Assembly: GCA_964016885.1 (NCBI GenBank)
Contig: OZ024754.1
Coordinates: forward strand, 29,884,001-29,948,000
Direction of reading: 5' to 3'
DNA from: Eledone cirrhosa
Taxonomy: Eukaryota
DNA: 64,000 nucleotides
In this document: positions 41,358 through 55,572 of the stretch, piece after piece
Numbering within the stretch: the stretch's first letter is position 1
How the letters are laid out: the number at the start of each line of letters is the position of its first letter
The notes under the pieces: model-generated
The model's database searches: none
What the model was told of the DNA's origin: nothing
What the model saw: only the letters and a program-made list of their open reading frames with translations
Made by a program: the position numbers and the translations under genes

Positions 41358-41987
41358 TTAGACCACCCGTGACCCGTTAGGTCACGTTCACTTCAAAATA
41401 TTTTTTTTTAAATCATGTTCACTTAAAAATAATTTTAAAATAATTAAAATATACACAGACATGGATATAAGCTGAAATGAAACTGGAAGGCCCATATATA
41501 TATACGTGTGTGTATGTATATATATATAAATGTGTGTGTGCATACATATATATATGAGCCCCTTTTTTCAAGTAAAAAGAAATTCAAACACTCATATATG
41601 AAAAAACAACCCTGACAACCCCCCCCCCCCTCCTCCTCCTCTTATTAGAAGAACTATTGTAACCCGAACTGGCGTGAAATTTATTATAATTATTGACAAA
41701 CCAATCAAATTACTTCTCGAAAAACCTGGCATTTCGAGCCCATTTTTCCATATAAAACAAGTAACATTCAGAGACCAACCAGATGTGAGAAAAACCACAG
41801 ACCCTCCATCTCAACTCACCTTTTGAAAAGCAGAAGAACTGCGAAACCGGTAAAGGAACCAAATAAATATATATATTTTTTTTTTAAATAAGACTCCAGT
41901 TGCATTTTCGATTTCATCTCTTTTTCTTTATACTTTCACTCGTGTAGGACACCTCGGTTATTTTTCAATTTGTAAAAAAAACCTCAC

Positions 41988-42068
<81 letters not shown>

Positions 42069-42231
42069 TTATTCCGGGTTGAATCGGAGGTAACCACAGT
42101 AAGTAAAGTACTCAATTCATAGCAGAGTATAAAAGTTTTAATATATATACACTGGTCATAGACACACACACATATATATACACACACTCACATATATACA
42201 CAACATCAACAGCTCTCTTTCTCTCTCTCTC

Positions 42232-42268
<37 letters not shown>

Positions 42269-42332
42269 TGCATTCATCTTTTCTGTCCTTCTCCCTTTCT
42301 CTATGTTTCTCTTTCAATCTACTCTCTCACTA

Positions 42333-42415
<83 letters not shown>

Positions 42416-42589
42416 ATTTATGAGGTACCCGGAAAAACCCCATATCTCGGATTTGCGGGAAAGTTGTTTTATTCCATTTGTATCCCCATTTCAGGGTCAA
42501 CTTCCTTCCAAAGTATTTTTCCATTATACGCCCTGTTGCCTGTATTACATTACAGACAAACAAGCAAGCAAGTTTTAGTAGTATATAGA
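41358..42589 (-). mobile_element. Probable non-autonomous Helitron
   Basis: Minus strand starts A|TCTATATACTACTAAAA (42589) followed by CTTG/TTTG repeats. It ends with hairpin CGTGACC..GGTCACG (41368-86) and CTAA|T (41358-61). A|T target with no TSD. Confidence 0.6.
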
Positions 42590-42734
42590 TTACTTTGTAG
42601 TCAGTTCATTGTATAAATTTTCAGTATTAGATTTAAGAGAGTTAAGACTTTCATTTTTAATGTGATACAGTTAGAGCGTTGTTTCAAACTGATCTCAGAA
42701 TGTCTTGTTAATGTTATTTTATGTGGTGCATTCT

Positions 42735-42808
42735 GAGTTAACTTTGCCTTTCATCCTTACGGGGTCGATAAAATAAAGTACCAGTAATGTACTGGGTAAT
42801 TGCTGGCC
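42735..42808 (+). mobile_element. SINE fragment
   Basis: Body of the same SINE family. Confidence 0.75.
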
Positions 42809-43935
42809 AGTTATTTTATCTGGTGCAGGGCGTTACAAATTACATATTATCCGACTCTGGATTTAATAGCTCGTCAGATTCGTGGTTTCCTTAATGACAC
42901 CTCGTTCCTACTCGTTCCTACGTACTTTTTGACTTTTCTAACAAGAAGTAAAACCAAATTATTGGTAACTACCATTTGGGTAGTTTGTGTGTCCAGTACT
43001 CTCATCTGGCTTTGTTCAAACTTTGATGCCTAAAACTGAGACTAGAAGACTGTTAAAATACAAAAGTAGAAGCTAAATCACCTTCAAATTCCATTCTGAC
43101 GTCTTAAAGAGGGAAGTGGAAAGTTTTTCTATTGTAGTTCACTTTCGCAAAGGACAGGGTGGCTACGTTGAAATTAATTTAATCATAGATATATTCAATC
43201 AGGTATCACCTGGTTTTGTTCAACGTGAGTGGACCACTGGAAATTGTGAAATACATATTTATAGATAAAATGAATAAAACTATTTTCATGTGCGTGGTAT
43301 TGTTCTTATCAAATCGAATGCTACAAACAATTACATTATAATTACAATAAATTATTAATTAGATTATACTATTATTTACCAGAAATAAGTAGGTTGTATT
43401 GCATCTTTATGTTTTTCGGCACGCAACCAGATCATTTATATGTAATTATATGACGCAAATATTTCTCCAGGTCTGTTAATGGAATTAAATGTTTTCCATA
43501 TTTGATTAGAAGAGTAAGATATTGTCTAAGATATTCTTTGGTACAAAGCCAATATTTGAGTGTATTTGTATTTTGGTCGCTCTCCAAACGAACAAAGTTT
43601 TTCTCGGACGGTTTCGAACGCAGCTTCGAAAAGATGCTAATTAAATGCTACACGAAAGTTCATAAAATTGTATTTTGTGTGAGAATTAGGAAACTTTAGA
43701 TTCACTTTTCGTTCGAGAAAAAAAATCAATTATTTCTTCTCAGATGTAGGTTTAGTCAAGGAACAAGTTACACAACTCCCCACCATATACGAATGTATCG
43801 AACACAATAACTTTACTCTATAATTTTTACCAAAGCAAACCCGAACCAGTTTTCTCTGCTATTTTTTCTTTGATTAAAAATGATTTTGCTTTATCGTAGA
43901 AGACTCCAACTACGATGTCTTTAATGCTCCTCAGA

Positions 43936-44123
43936 AATAATAATTGTTTCTACTTTTGGCACAAGGCCAGCAATTAGCCCAGTGTATTAATGGTACTTTA
44001 TTTTATCGACCCCGTAAGGATGAAAAGCAAAGTTAACCTCGGCGTGATTTGAACTCAGATCATAAAAGGCACGTAACTCTTTGCTGCAAAGCATGGCGCC
44101 CGACCCTCTACCGATACTGCCAA
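43936..44123 (-). mobile_element. tRNA-derived SINE
   Basis: Same family. Confidence 0.85.
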
Positions 44124-44297
44124 ACCAAATAATAAGTGTCGACTGAAACGTTCATAGGCTGACCAAGATACTCTCATGGAATGACCAAATGAGGTTTATT
44201 TTTCAACATTTCCTCTTACATCTCTCTCTTTACCACCGGATTCTGTTACCCGGAGATTTACCCATCTGCATTGTTGAGGCTTCCATACGACCAAATC

Positions 44298-44604
<307 letters not shown>

Positions 44605-44636
44605 TATATATATATATATATGTGTGTGTGGGTGTG

Positions 44637-44710
<74 letters not shown>

Positions 44711-44769
44711 GTTGTTGTTGTGTTACGTAATTGCAAAGGAAACAGAGTGCGCTATGTATAGAAAAGAGC

Positions 44770-44993
44770 TATTTAATTAGAGAGTGAACAACACAAAATA
44801 TAACTACTCCAATACTAAAGGTTTCTGGATCACAGAAGATAATAATGTCTACGACTAATCTCGTTTCATATCTTTTATCTATAACATCTCTGTCTGATGA
44901 ACGATCCAGACGTGTATATTATTATCGTCTATGATCCAGAAACATTTGGTAATGGAGTAGTTATATTTGTATTGTTCACTTTCTAATTAAATA
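44770..44993 (+). mobile_element. Fold-back mini-element with hammerhead at 44888-44957
   Basis: Imperfect inverted arms ~44770-44847 and ~44918-44993. CTCTGT-CTGATGA(44894-900)...GAAAC ATTTG GTA-ATGGAG. Confidence 0.65.
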
Positions 44994-45225
44994 TATCTAT
45001 CTATATATATATAACAAAGGAATTGTGGTGAGGAACCAGATGGACCATAACGCACCAGAGTACTCAATACTAAGGGTAGTAGAGTGGGAAATAGTAAAAA
45101 GTATGACCCCGACGGCAGAGCTCAAGCCGTTTCGACGGCTATTTCTGAACTAAATTAGAATTTTTTCGAAAAAAAAAAAATTAAATTTAAAAAAAAATAT
45201 ATATATATATATAAGCTAAATCATA

Positions 45226-45266
<41 letters not shown>

Positions 45267-45697
45267 GATTTAGCTTCAAGCGTAGCTGTATACAAATATG
45301 TATAGACTTGAATATAGTCGAGAATATATAGTTTTCTATTCTGTGTAAATGAGGTGATTAATCTCATTTGCATATGCAGCTCTATAAGTTGGCTCAACTT
45401 ATAATAGAATAGAAATGGTATTTAGCTTCAGGTATAGCTGTATACAAATATGTATAGAAATTTCATATTTCTAAAGAAACACTGTTTTAGGTAGCCATAG
45501 CTATGCAAACACCGAGGTCAAAGCCCTCTGGTAGTGTCCAGCAGAAGCAAGGGGGACAACCATCTATGCATTTCAGACTTGATTGGTCTTCCTGAGGTCG
45601 GTCCCTCCCACCGCTCGCTTGTAACTGCTGGACTTGAGAACAGTCGAGAACATATAGTTTTCTGGCCTGTGTAAATGAGGTGATTAATCTCATTTGC

Positions 45698-45776
<79 letters not shown>

Positions 45777-45784
45777 AATATATA

Positions 45785-45891
<107 letters not shown>

Positions 45892-45988
45892 GTGAGGTTT
45901 TTTTACAAAATAAAAAATAACCGAGGTGTCCTACACGAGTGAAAGTATCACGAAAAAAAGATGAAATCGATCGATTCCATCTTTTTTT

Positions 45989-46024
<36 letters not shown>

Positions 46025-46563
46025 AATTAATATATATATATATATAAAGTAAATTAAATTAAATAAAATAAGATAAATAAATACATACACAAGCACATAA
46101 ACACACACTAGTCACCCAGCAGACACAACACTATACACACTAGTCACACATCACACATAACACTATACACACACGCAAACGCATGCGCAAAGAAGACAAA
46201 ATAAAATAAGATAAACAAACAAGTAAATAAATAAATAAATATATAGACAGACTGAACAAAAAAAAATGGCGTAGACATACAACACAACAGGAGGAACAAT
46301 GAATATAACACCACTGACGATGTTGCAGATGTGCAACGAAAGATTTATGTAAATTATGTAAACTATATATATATGTGTTTGTCTATATTGTATCTGTATT
46401 ATTTTTGACCGCCGGTCAGTCAATGGCAACATTGAGGACCGAGTAAGTTAGATCGCAGATATATATATATAAAAGACAGCGAGAAGCGAAAACCAACCAA
46501 ACAGTGAGTGTGTTCTGTTATTAATTCTGGCAATATTACGCAAATATGACCCTCCCCAAATAT

Positions 46564-46648
<85 letters not shown>

Positions 46649-46686
46649 CAGATATATACATATATGTGATCAAATCGTAAACTGAT

Positions 46687-47286
46687 TTATTCTTAAATTG
46701 TGTCTGGCAAACCCTATTGTATAGTTAGTATTCTTTTCACCTTAGCGAATCTGGTCCCTTACGTATATATCTATGTTTATATCTATGTTTATATCTATGT
46801 TTATATTTCTTTTATATTCATTTATAATATACGGCTCGGAAAAATCTCTTTCCCCGAGCTATTTTATTGTAAGAGACTATTTTGAGTTTCTAACTCAATA
46901 TATACCTTTGATATATTCGGCTCCGTTAATTTGTTGAGCTAATTCAAATGTCGAATAAACCTGTCTGCTATTTTTAGTGGTGTGAGTTTGTGAGACACGC
47001 TAGGTTCAGATACCATGTGCCTTATTATATATACGCATACTATTCAGTTTTTTAATATACTTAGAAGTGACCAGGATACTAATTCTTCACCCACTGATGG
47101 GCAAGAATCGGTATTACTCTTCACAATTAATTTTGCGAAACAGCATAGCCAAAGCTGTCTGGGTGATTGGTAGTTACCACAATTTCGGTTTGTATTTATT
47201 TTCTGAATTATTCTTAAATTGAGTCTAGCAAACCCTATTGTCTATAGTTAGTATTCTTTTCACCTTAGCGAATCTGGTCCCTTACG
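46687..47286 (+). mobile_element. Terminally redundant ~520-bp non-coding element with hammerhead (retrozyme-like or pLTR-like)
   Basis: Direct repeats 46687-46763 and 47208-47286; TA flanks; hammerhead 47087-47166. Confidence 0.7.
47087..47166 (+). ncRNA. Type I hammerhead with a full stem III (core variant CUGAUGG)
   Basis: Stem I TCACCCA/TGGGTGA; stem II GCAAGA../..TTTTGC; GAAA 47137-40; stem III ACAGC/GCTGT; GUC 47157-59. Confidence 0.75.
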
Positions 47287-47340
47287 ATTTGAACACATAT
47301 ATGTATATATCTGTGTTTTACTTTCTTATATATTCAATTA

Positions 47341-47500
<160 letters not shown>

Positions 47501-47652
47501 AAACGGTATCTTCAAACCCGTCTAATTACCTGTATATTAGGTTACACATGTAATCTTTCTTACAATCTTGTGATATGGTCATTATTAGGCCTTGAAACTA
47601 TAGGTAGCGCTTTTGTACCATGTATGAACATAAATAGTATTATGTATGTGTG

Positions 47653-47843
47653 GGTGTGAGTTGGCAGTATCGGTAGAGGGTCGGACGCCATGGTTTGCAG
47701 TAAAGAGTTACGGCCCTTTATGGTCTGAGTTCAAATCCCGCCGAGGTTAATTTTGCCTTTCATCCTTACGGTGTCGATAAAATAAAGTACCAGTAATGCA
47801 CTGGGATAATTGCTGGCCTTGTGCCAAAAGTAGAAACAATTAT
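47653..47843 (+). mobile_element. tRNA-derived SINE
   Basis: Same family. Confidence 0.85.
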
Positions 47844-48397
47844 GTATGTGTGTGTGTCTGTTTAATATAGGCCGTTACGAGAATGATTTCTGAATACCTT
47901 TGTCGGTATTAATAGTTTTATTAAAGTCGGGTCGGTCACCTGTTAGTCTAGACTCTAGATTCTAGAGTTTCTCCTGTTTGATTATTAAAAGACGTAAACA
48001 CATATTTCTGTGTAATTTCTTCGTTGCACAAGATGGCGTGATTTGTATATCTGCGAAACGAACTTTACCGAATATATATGTCAACGTTCCGAAAACTAAT
48101 TTCTTTCAATAACGATTTAAACACAAAAGTAGCCATGATTTCAATATCGCACTTCAAATATTGATTCTTGACATAGATATCAGGTCAACTGTGCAAAGAG
48201 GAGAAATAATCGATTGAGCTGATTGCTTCCTGTATATAATTGGTAATTATACCTTCGATCTGGTGGTCGATAATATCGACTCACTGAAAAGTTAGATTGG
48301 TGAAGTTAAATACTCCACAACAATTACTTTGTAAGTGAACAATATTTGCTGAAACCCTTTATTGCACACTTGTACACACACACACGCGCACACACAC

Positions 48398-48633
<236 letters not shown>

Positions 48634-48828
48634 ATTATATTACACGGCTCGGATAGGGTCAATTAACACTTAACATTTAATATTCTACCATACTATTTCA
48701 TTATAATACCATTATAATTTTAAAGGATTTAAATGATTGTAAATAAAACGAGTAAATCAGACAAAGTTGGAATTCCTTTTATTAATATAATCTTCTATAC
48801 ACAATCATACACACCCGTGTATATTTAG

Positions 48829-48903
<75 letters not shown>

Positions 48904-48961
48904 TGTAATGAGTTCTTTTATAATGAAAATAGCTCAAAGAAAGAAATATTTCTGAGCCGTG

Positions 48962-49517
48962 TAAAACATTTAAATATAAATTAATATATATGATGAAACA
49001 CAAATACCAACATATCTGCATTTATATTGTAAAAGAAATTTAGTTAGCTAGAATGAAATATACTAATTATAATATTACAGCCTGCCTATATCGATTTAAA
49101 ATAATAAATCAACAAAGACAAACAGTATTGCCAAATGGCCGTGATTAAATTTCAAAATCAAACCTGTTCCGTAGATAAGTTTAAACTTTAAAATCCAAAT
49201 ATGTTTCGAGATAAATAAGTGTAAGGATATCTTGTCCAGCTCTCTTCAGTAAACATCCCGAACAAATTGATATGCTTCACTTCTAAATATTTTTAAAGAC
49301 TGTTTAACGCACATGGTTTACAGTTTCTAGCCAGCCTCATATCCGTACTGCTAGAAATAACAGCCATATATATGAGGCTACTATCAGCTCAACCTAAGGA
49401 GCAATTTTATAATTAGTATATTTCATTCTAGCTAACTAAATTTCTTTTACAATATAAATGCAGATATGTTGGTATTTGTGTTTCATCATATATATTAATT
49501 TATATTTAAATGTTTTA
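48962..49517. repeat. 111-bp inverted repeat pair in TA context
   Basis: 48962-49072 is the reverse complement of 49407-49517. Confidence 0.85.
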
Positions 49518-49636
49518 TATATATATATATATATAGGAAAGAGTAGGACCCCGACGGCTGAGCTCAAGCCGTTTGACGGCTAATTCTGTACTTTGGTGCG
49601 TTATGATCCACCTGGTTCCTTACCACATTTCCTTCG

Positions 49637-49694
<58 letters not shown>

Positions 49695-50938
49695 AAAAGA
49701 AGAATTATGAAATGTCTTTGTGTGGACGTACATGGAACGTTTTGATAACAATTATCTATTTTCAAGATTGTTTGACCCCATAACACCTGATTGCGTCGTA
49801 GGAGCACCATAGTGACATGCAGCTTGTCCTGGGCATTTTAAAACTTGGAGCAGACCTTCCTCTTTCCAGGTCTGAACACAGCAGATTTCGTCTGGAGGAG
49901 ATAGAGTGAAAGTGAGAGAGATAGTGCGTGTACAAGGAGAGTGAGAAAGAGAGATAGATGAAGAATAGACCCGAATGCAGGACAGATACTATTTTTATCG
50001 ATCTTGAAAGGCTGAAAAGCAACATTAACCTCGGTGAGTTTTGAATTACAAAAGCAGAGAGCCGAAATGGATACTACAGAGTATTATATCTAACTTTCTA
50101 ATGGCTCTGTCAATTCAGGACCTTTATTTTTAAGAGACCCTTCACCCATACATAATCAAGTACACACTGCATTTCATTGAAGCGTTCTCAAATGCAAAGA
50201 ATGTATTTATACTCTGCTTCCCTTTACAAACAGTAAAATTGGCGATTTTTTATTTCATTCATTTATTTAGATATTTTACTTTCATGATATTTTCCTTCCA
50301 TTTAGTTCGTATTCATGTTTTCTCAATGGCGTTATGTCTTTACATGAATTGTCGAAAATAATTTATCAACGTAAAACATGAATCTTGCTGAGAAAACTGT
50401 TTTGTGTTGTGTTTGCGTCGAGATCGTTTGTATAATTTCAACGATATAGAATCATTTATCAACATGAAACATAAATTTCTCACATACAAACTAGAGTTAG
50501 CCGCTTTGTCTGTATCGGAAATATATATTCAATAACAATAGTTTTCCTTCGAAAACAACAACAACAACAGTAACCCAGAGCACAAAACTAAATTATCTAG
50601 TAAGACATTAACTGAAGTAATTCTTTGCTATCTTCCTAATAAAATTAGCTTTCAAAATGGAACCAGCCAATCGGAATTAGGAGCATGTATAAATAAAATG
50701 ATAATTTAACTTGCTACATATTTGTATTATTATTATTGTTGTCTCCAGTTTCTCTAGAGCCAGAATATAAATGCTGTTATATTCAATTTAATGTTAAACT
50801 ATCTACACGTACAGTTTGTGTGTGTGATGGCGCCCTTACTACACCAGTTACGATGTATTTAATATCAATTATTCAGTGAATAATTTAAGTACAGTTTAAC
50901 AAATTACATTTTATATAAGCATTAGTCACTTTAATTAA

Positions 50939-50987
<49 letters not shown>

Positions 50988-51302
50988 TAGGTGCAGCTGA
51001 AAAAGAAACAATGCAGTTATTGATAATAGTTGAAATTAATGCATGCAAGATTTCACAGCTCTAGCATAAACTCCTTCATACTCAGCCTATGAATATTTCA
51101 GCTGACCCTTGTCTATACAGACAAACGTGTATACGTATACATATTATTTATGTTCCGAGGCGATGCGTCAGCAAAGATATCAATAAAATAAGTACGAGAC
51201 ATAACTTAGTACTGCGGCCATATGATTGTCTAATATCCCACAATAGTGAAACCACGGTATGTCAGCGTAATGACAGAAACCAATAGAATGTTGATATATA
51301 TA

Positions 51303-51337
<35 letters not shown>

Positions 51338-51360
51338 GTTATATAGTAAGGTGTATTATT

Positions 51361-51426
<66 letters not shown>

Positions 51427-51432
51427 CAGTAT

Positions 51433-51479
51433 ACGGTACTGATGAAGGGTAATCACCCAGAAACATTAGTGTCTGCCGT
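51433..51479 (+). ncRNA. Compact type I hammerhead in a ~180-bp insert between TA tracts
   Basis: ACGGTA-CTGATGA(51439-45)-A GGGT AATC ACCC A-GAAACA TTAG TGTC-TGCCGT. GUC at 51471-73. Stem I extends past an internal loop (AAGCAG/CTGTTT). Confidence 0.8.
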
Positions 51480-51620
51480 TCTGTTTATATGCCAACATAA
51501 GAGCAAGAATGACGAGGGTCATTCAACTTACATGTCTTAAAGAGGCTATTTGCAAAGAATCGAATATTATATATTAATGTTGGAAAATCTAAGATTTACA
51601 TATATATATATATATATATA

Positions 51621-52042
51621 TAATATAAGATCAAAAGATGGTTAAAGGAGTTCCATGTATTTTATTATGCGCATTTCAAAAACAAACATCATCATGCAAT
51701 AGTATTTGTGTTTTCTATAGATAAAACAGGAGGACATGATATGAAGGCTAAAAAACACTTGTGGATAGTGCAGTTTTAAATCAACATATGTTGATTTAAA
51801 ACTGCACTATCCACAAGTGTTTTTTAGCCTTCATATCATGTTCTCCTGTTTTATCTGATGAAAACACAAATATTATTGCATGATGATGTTTGTTTTTGAA
51901 ATGCGCATAATAAAATACATGGAACTCCTTTAACCATCTTTTGATCTTATATTATGTATACTCCAGTCCTACAAACTGTAGAGTGCTTCTTATCCGATAT
52001 CTGCATTGCTTTATTGTACTACAATAAAACTCACCTCCTACA
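51621..52042 (+). mobile_element. Fold-back family A copy 4 (spacerless palindrome plus tail)
   Basis: 167-bp arms 51621-51787 and 51788-51954 centred on CATATG; tail 51955-52042. Intact hammerhead 51847-51917; the mirror copy has a mutated core. Confidence 0.9.
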
Positions 52043-52260
52043 TATATATATATATATATATATATGAAAAGTGTAAGTTTCTACACAAAACGAAGGTTAT
52101 ATAGAAAATTGAGGTTGGTAATGGCACATGGAGTATATAAGAGACAGAATATAATTTTATAAGGTAAGGAAAGAATAAAGGGTATACGCTTTATTCTTTC
52201 CTTACCTTATACACACACACGTCACACACACACACATACACCTACATATATATATATATA

Positions 52261-52549
52261 TAATTGTTTCTACTTTTGGCACAAGGCCAGCAATTACCCT
52301 AGTGCATTACTGGTACTTTATTTTATCGACCCCGTAAGGATGATTTTTAGTTTAAGTCCAGGAATTGTTTAAGAAGGCGGAGGCAAAAATACTCAATTGA
52401 ATCGGTCTCAGTATATGACTGGTATTTTATTTTATCGACTCTGGAATGGGGAAAATAACGTTGACATCGGCGAGATTCGAACTCAAAATGTAAAAAATCA
52501 GAACAAATAACGGAGTGACTTTTTTTCCGACGCTCTACCAATTCTGCCA
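52261..52549 (-). mobile_element. Two SINE fragments
   Basis: 3' part at 52261-52343 and an older diverged copy at ~52400-52549. Confidence 0.7.
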
Positions 52550-52573
52550 TAGGATTGATATAATCAACTAAAT

Positions 52574-52869
52574 CAGAGGTTCTCAAACTTTTGGGGCCAC
52601 CACTCACCACCCCTCACGGCCACATAATACCCTCAGCGCTCCCCAACCCTATTTCTAGACAGAACTGCCTACACGCAAATTTTTATTAAATATATATTAG
52701 AAATAATATAATATATACTATGTATAAATAGATATTTAAAATATTTTTGTTACTATCTTTAAATATATTATGTATCATTTGATATTTAATATACTGTTAT
52801 ATAATTTCTACCCCACCCCCTTAGCCCCCAGCGGGGGGAGGGGGTTAGTGCCCACTTTGAGAACTTCTG
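52574..52869. mobile_element. hAT-type MITE
   Basis: TIRs CAGAGGTTCTCAAA / TTTGAGAACTTCTG; 8-bp TSD AACTAAAT / GACTAAAT (7 of 8 match). Confidence 0.85.
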
Positions 52870-53339
52870 GACTAAATCGTTCCAATGTGGGGTCCACCCT
52901 GGTCTCAGACAAATGGTCGAAACCAGTTAAAGAATAAAAGAATGGAGAAATACATTCTGCTGATTAATCTTGAATATATGCGTTCATACAAAGATATTAA
53001 TTTTCAGTTTAGATAGAATAACTATAAATTATTAATAGTGTAATTAAGTAATACGTTCTATTCACTGAAACAATATCTGTCACATTGAATACGTTTCAGC
53101 TGCTTCAGATTCTATGGAGTTATTGTATTTTCATTACTCTTTTGTGACCATTTTTACATTTGCTTCATGGCGAACGATTGGAATTACATATAGGCATGCG
53201 CAGACATATATGCATACATATATACATATAGAGACGTACATAATTATACATGTTTGTTCGTACCATACATATATTACCTAGCTCTAGATGCATGAGTCTT
53301 GATGAATTATTAATACATACATATGTATATATATATATA

Positions 53340-54215
53340 TATATTGGTAAACGGTATAGAAAATGCTGACAAATTGTTCACAGTGAAAAATAGTTTAATT
53401 AGGAATAAGTGAGAATTAGTAATAGTATTGGTTAGTATTCGGTTTTGGTTTTAAGTTTTACCGGTTGCGCATTTCTAATGCTTTTCAAAAACCATTTTGA
53501 GATAGAGCGTCCGTGATGTTTGCTCTGATCTGATTAGTTTTGGGAATTCTACCTGTTTTTATGTTAAAAAAGTGGCTCCAGCGGTATTAAAATAAGTTTT
53601 GCGCCAATTCGTGTTGCAAAAATTCTTGTGGTCAAAACAATTTTGATTGGTCGGTAGAGTTCATGTGAATGTAAAAATTTGATTTTGCGCCAAATGTAGG
53701 TTTGTGTCGGCTGACTGAGAAATAAGTCTTTCACAACAAATATGTGTGTGTGTGTGTGTAGTAGTAGTAGTAGTAAAGAGGTTCGTTGTTGTGATAATGG
53801 TCAGCATGGATGTGTGTGCGAACCGCAGCCTGTTGACAGTTCAAATGCCTATTAAGACAAGTGTGTGTGTGTGTGTTTGTGTGTGTGTAACAGAGTAATT
53901 CGTGGTAGAGGGATGGCGCAAAACTTATTTTAATACCGCTGGAGCCACTTTTTTAACATAAAAACAGGTAGAATTCCCAAAACTAATCAGATCAGAGCAA
54001 ACATCACGGACGCTCTATCTCAAAATTATTTTTGAAAAGCATTAGAAATGCGCAACCGGTAAAACTTAAAACCAAAACCGAATACTAACAAATATTATTA
54101 CTAATTCTCACTTATTCCTAATTAAACTATTTTTCACTGTGAACAATTTGTCAGCATTTTCTATTCCGTTTACCAATATATAATAACTTGTGTGTTACAC
54201 CTCTATTCTTTTAAA
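53340..54215. mobile_element. Family C fold-back element (~267-bp arms, ~307-bp spacer, short tail)
   Basis: 53340-53606 is inverted at 53914-54180; tail 54181-54215; TA flanks. Confidence 0.85.
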
Positions 54216-54255
54216 TATATATATATATATGTATATATACTATATGTATATATAC

Positions 54256-54312
<57 letters not shown>

Positions 54313-54390
54313 GTATAGTGGTAGCTATGGTGCTTCCGAAGGCGGTATGCCAAAATTAGCACTCGATATTCATCAGAGTAGAGTGTAGAT

Positions 54391-54671
54391 TTTATCAAGA
54401 AAACGAAAAATCAGTGATGCATCTGGACTTAGTTTATTTCGTGTTACAAATGTTTCGCCGGCATGTAGCTCGATTCATGGTCCTTGTATGGATCTAGCTG
54501 ATTCTACTTCTGCGGGTTCTTTCACGGGTGTTATGTCCGGAGCAAATTTTATCAGACAAGTAGAATCAGCCAGATCCATACAAGGACAATAACTCGAGCT
54601 TCATGCCGGCGAAACATTTGTAACACGAAATAAACTAAGTCCAGATGCATCACTGATTTTTCGTTTTCTTG

Positions 54672-54675
<4 letters not shown>
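54391..54675. mobile_element. Fold-back element with ~118-bp arms
   Basis: 54391-54509 is inverted at 54558-54675. Arms contain GAAAC-ATTT-GTA (hammerhead 3' half). TA tract on the right. Confidence 0.75.
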
Positions 54676-54737
<62 letters not shown>

Positions 54738-54769
54738 TAAATAAATAAATATATATATATTTATTTATT

Positions 54770-54824
<55 letters not shown>

Positions 54825-55572
54825 ATATATGTATGTTTATATATGTATGTTTATATATGTATGTATGTGTGTATGTTTCTGTGTGTGTGTATATATATAT
54901 AGATATATATAAGGAAAGTATACTCTCTGTTTAAAATATAATTGATTCAGTTAACAAGAATCGTAAAATACCTTTCGGTGAATAAACAAGCAATGCTTTC
55001 ATAATAATTTCCTTTATTCAGGAATAATAATTAAACTATCTATGCATGTGGATAATTAAGTACAAAGAAAATTTCACTTAAGCCATTGCTACTTAACGAC
55101 ATTTTTATATTCTAATTTTTTCTATATTAAAGAAATTTACGATTGCCATCGAAACATTTCCATTAGTTTATGTAGATATTTTTATTTCATGCTATTAATT
55201 TATGATGTGAAGGGTTTAACGCTGCTTTCTTCGATACTGTAGCTTCACATGAATTATTGAAGACAATTTTCCGACGTTCTTGGTTCACGCACTGCTGATT
55301 TCCTCTGTAAAGTCGGTAAGACGGCGGCCCGCTTGATGAGGGACCCTCACGAGGTTGGGTGAGTGTTGAAGCGGGTGTCTCTGGCTATTCTCCGCGGTTA
55401 TCTTTTTGCCGTTTTGTCCATGGGACGCGGCTGAGGTACCCCTCAAACTGGGTTGTAGTGACTCCCTTCCTTCTGTTGCTTGATCCTTCTTTCTTCCCCC
55501 TACCCCCATTTTTTTTTATCCCTTTTCTGTTCCTTTAAGTAATGTATTTTGTTTCTATTAGCTGTTATTATT

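Noticed and set aside
54315-54380. CTGATGA on the minus strand
   Set aside because: No GAAA or matching stem I at the proper spacing.
55260-55520. GC-richer island with a 74-aa ORF
   Set aside because: No recognisable protein; more likely an old LINE 3' fragment, but I cannot support a specific call.
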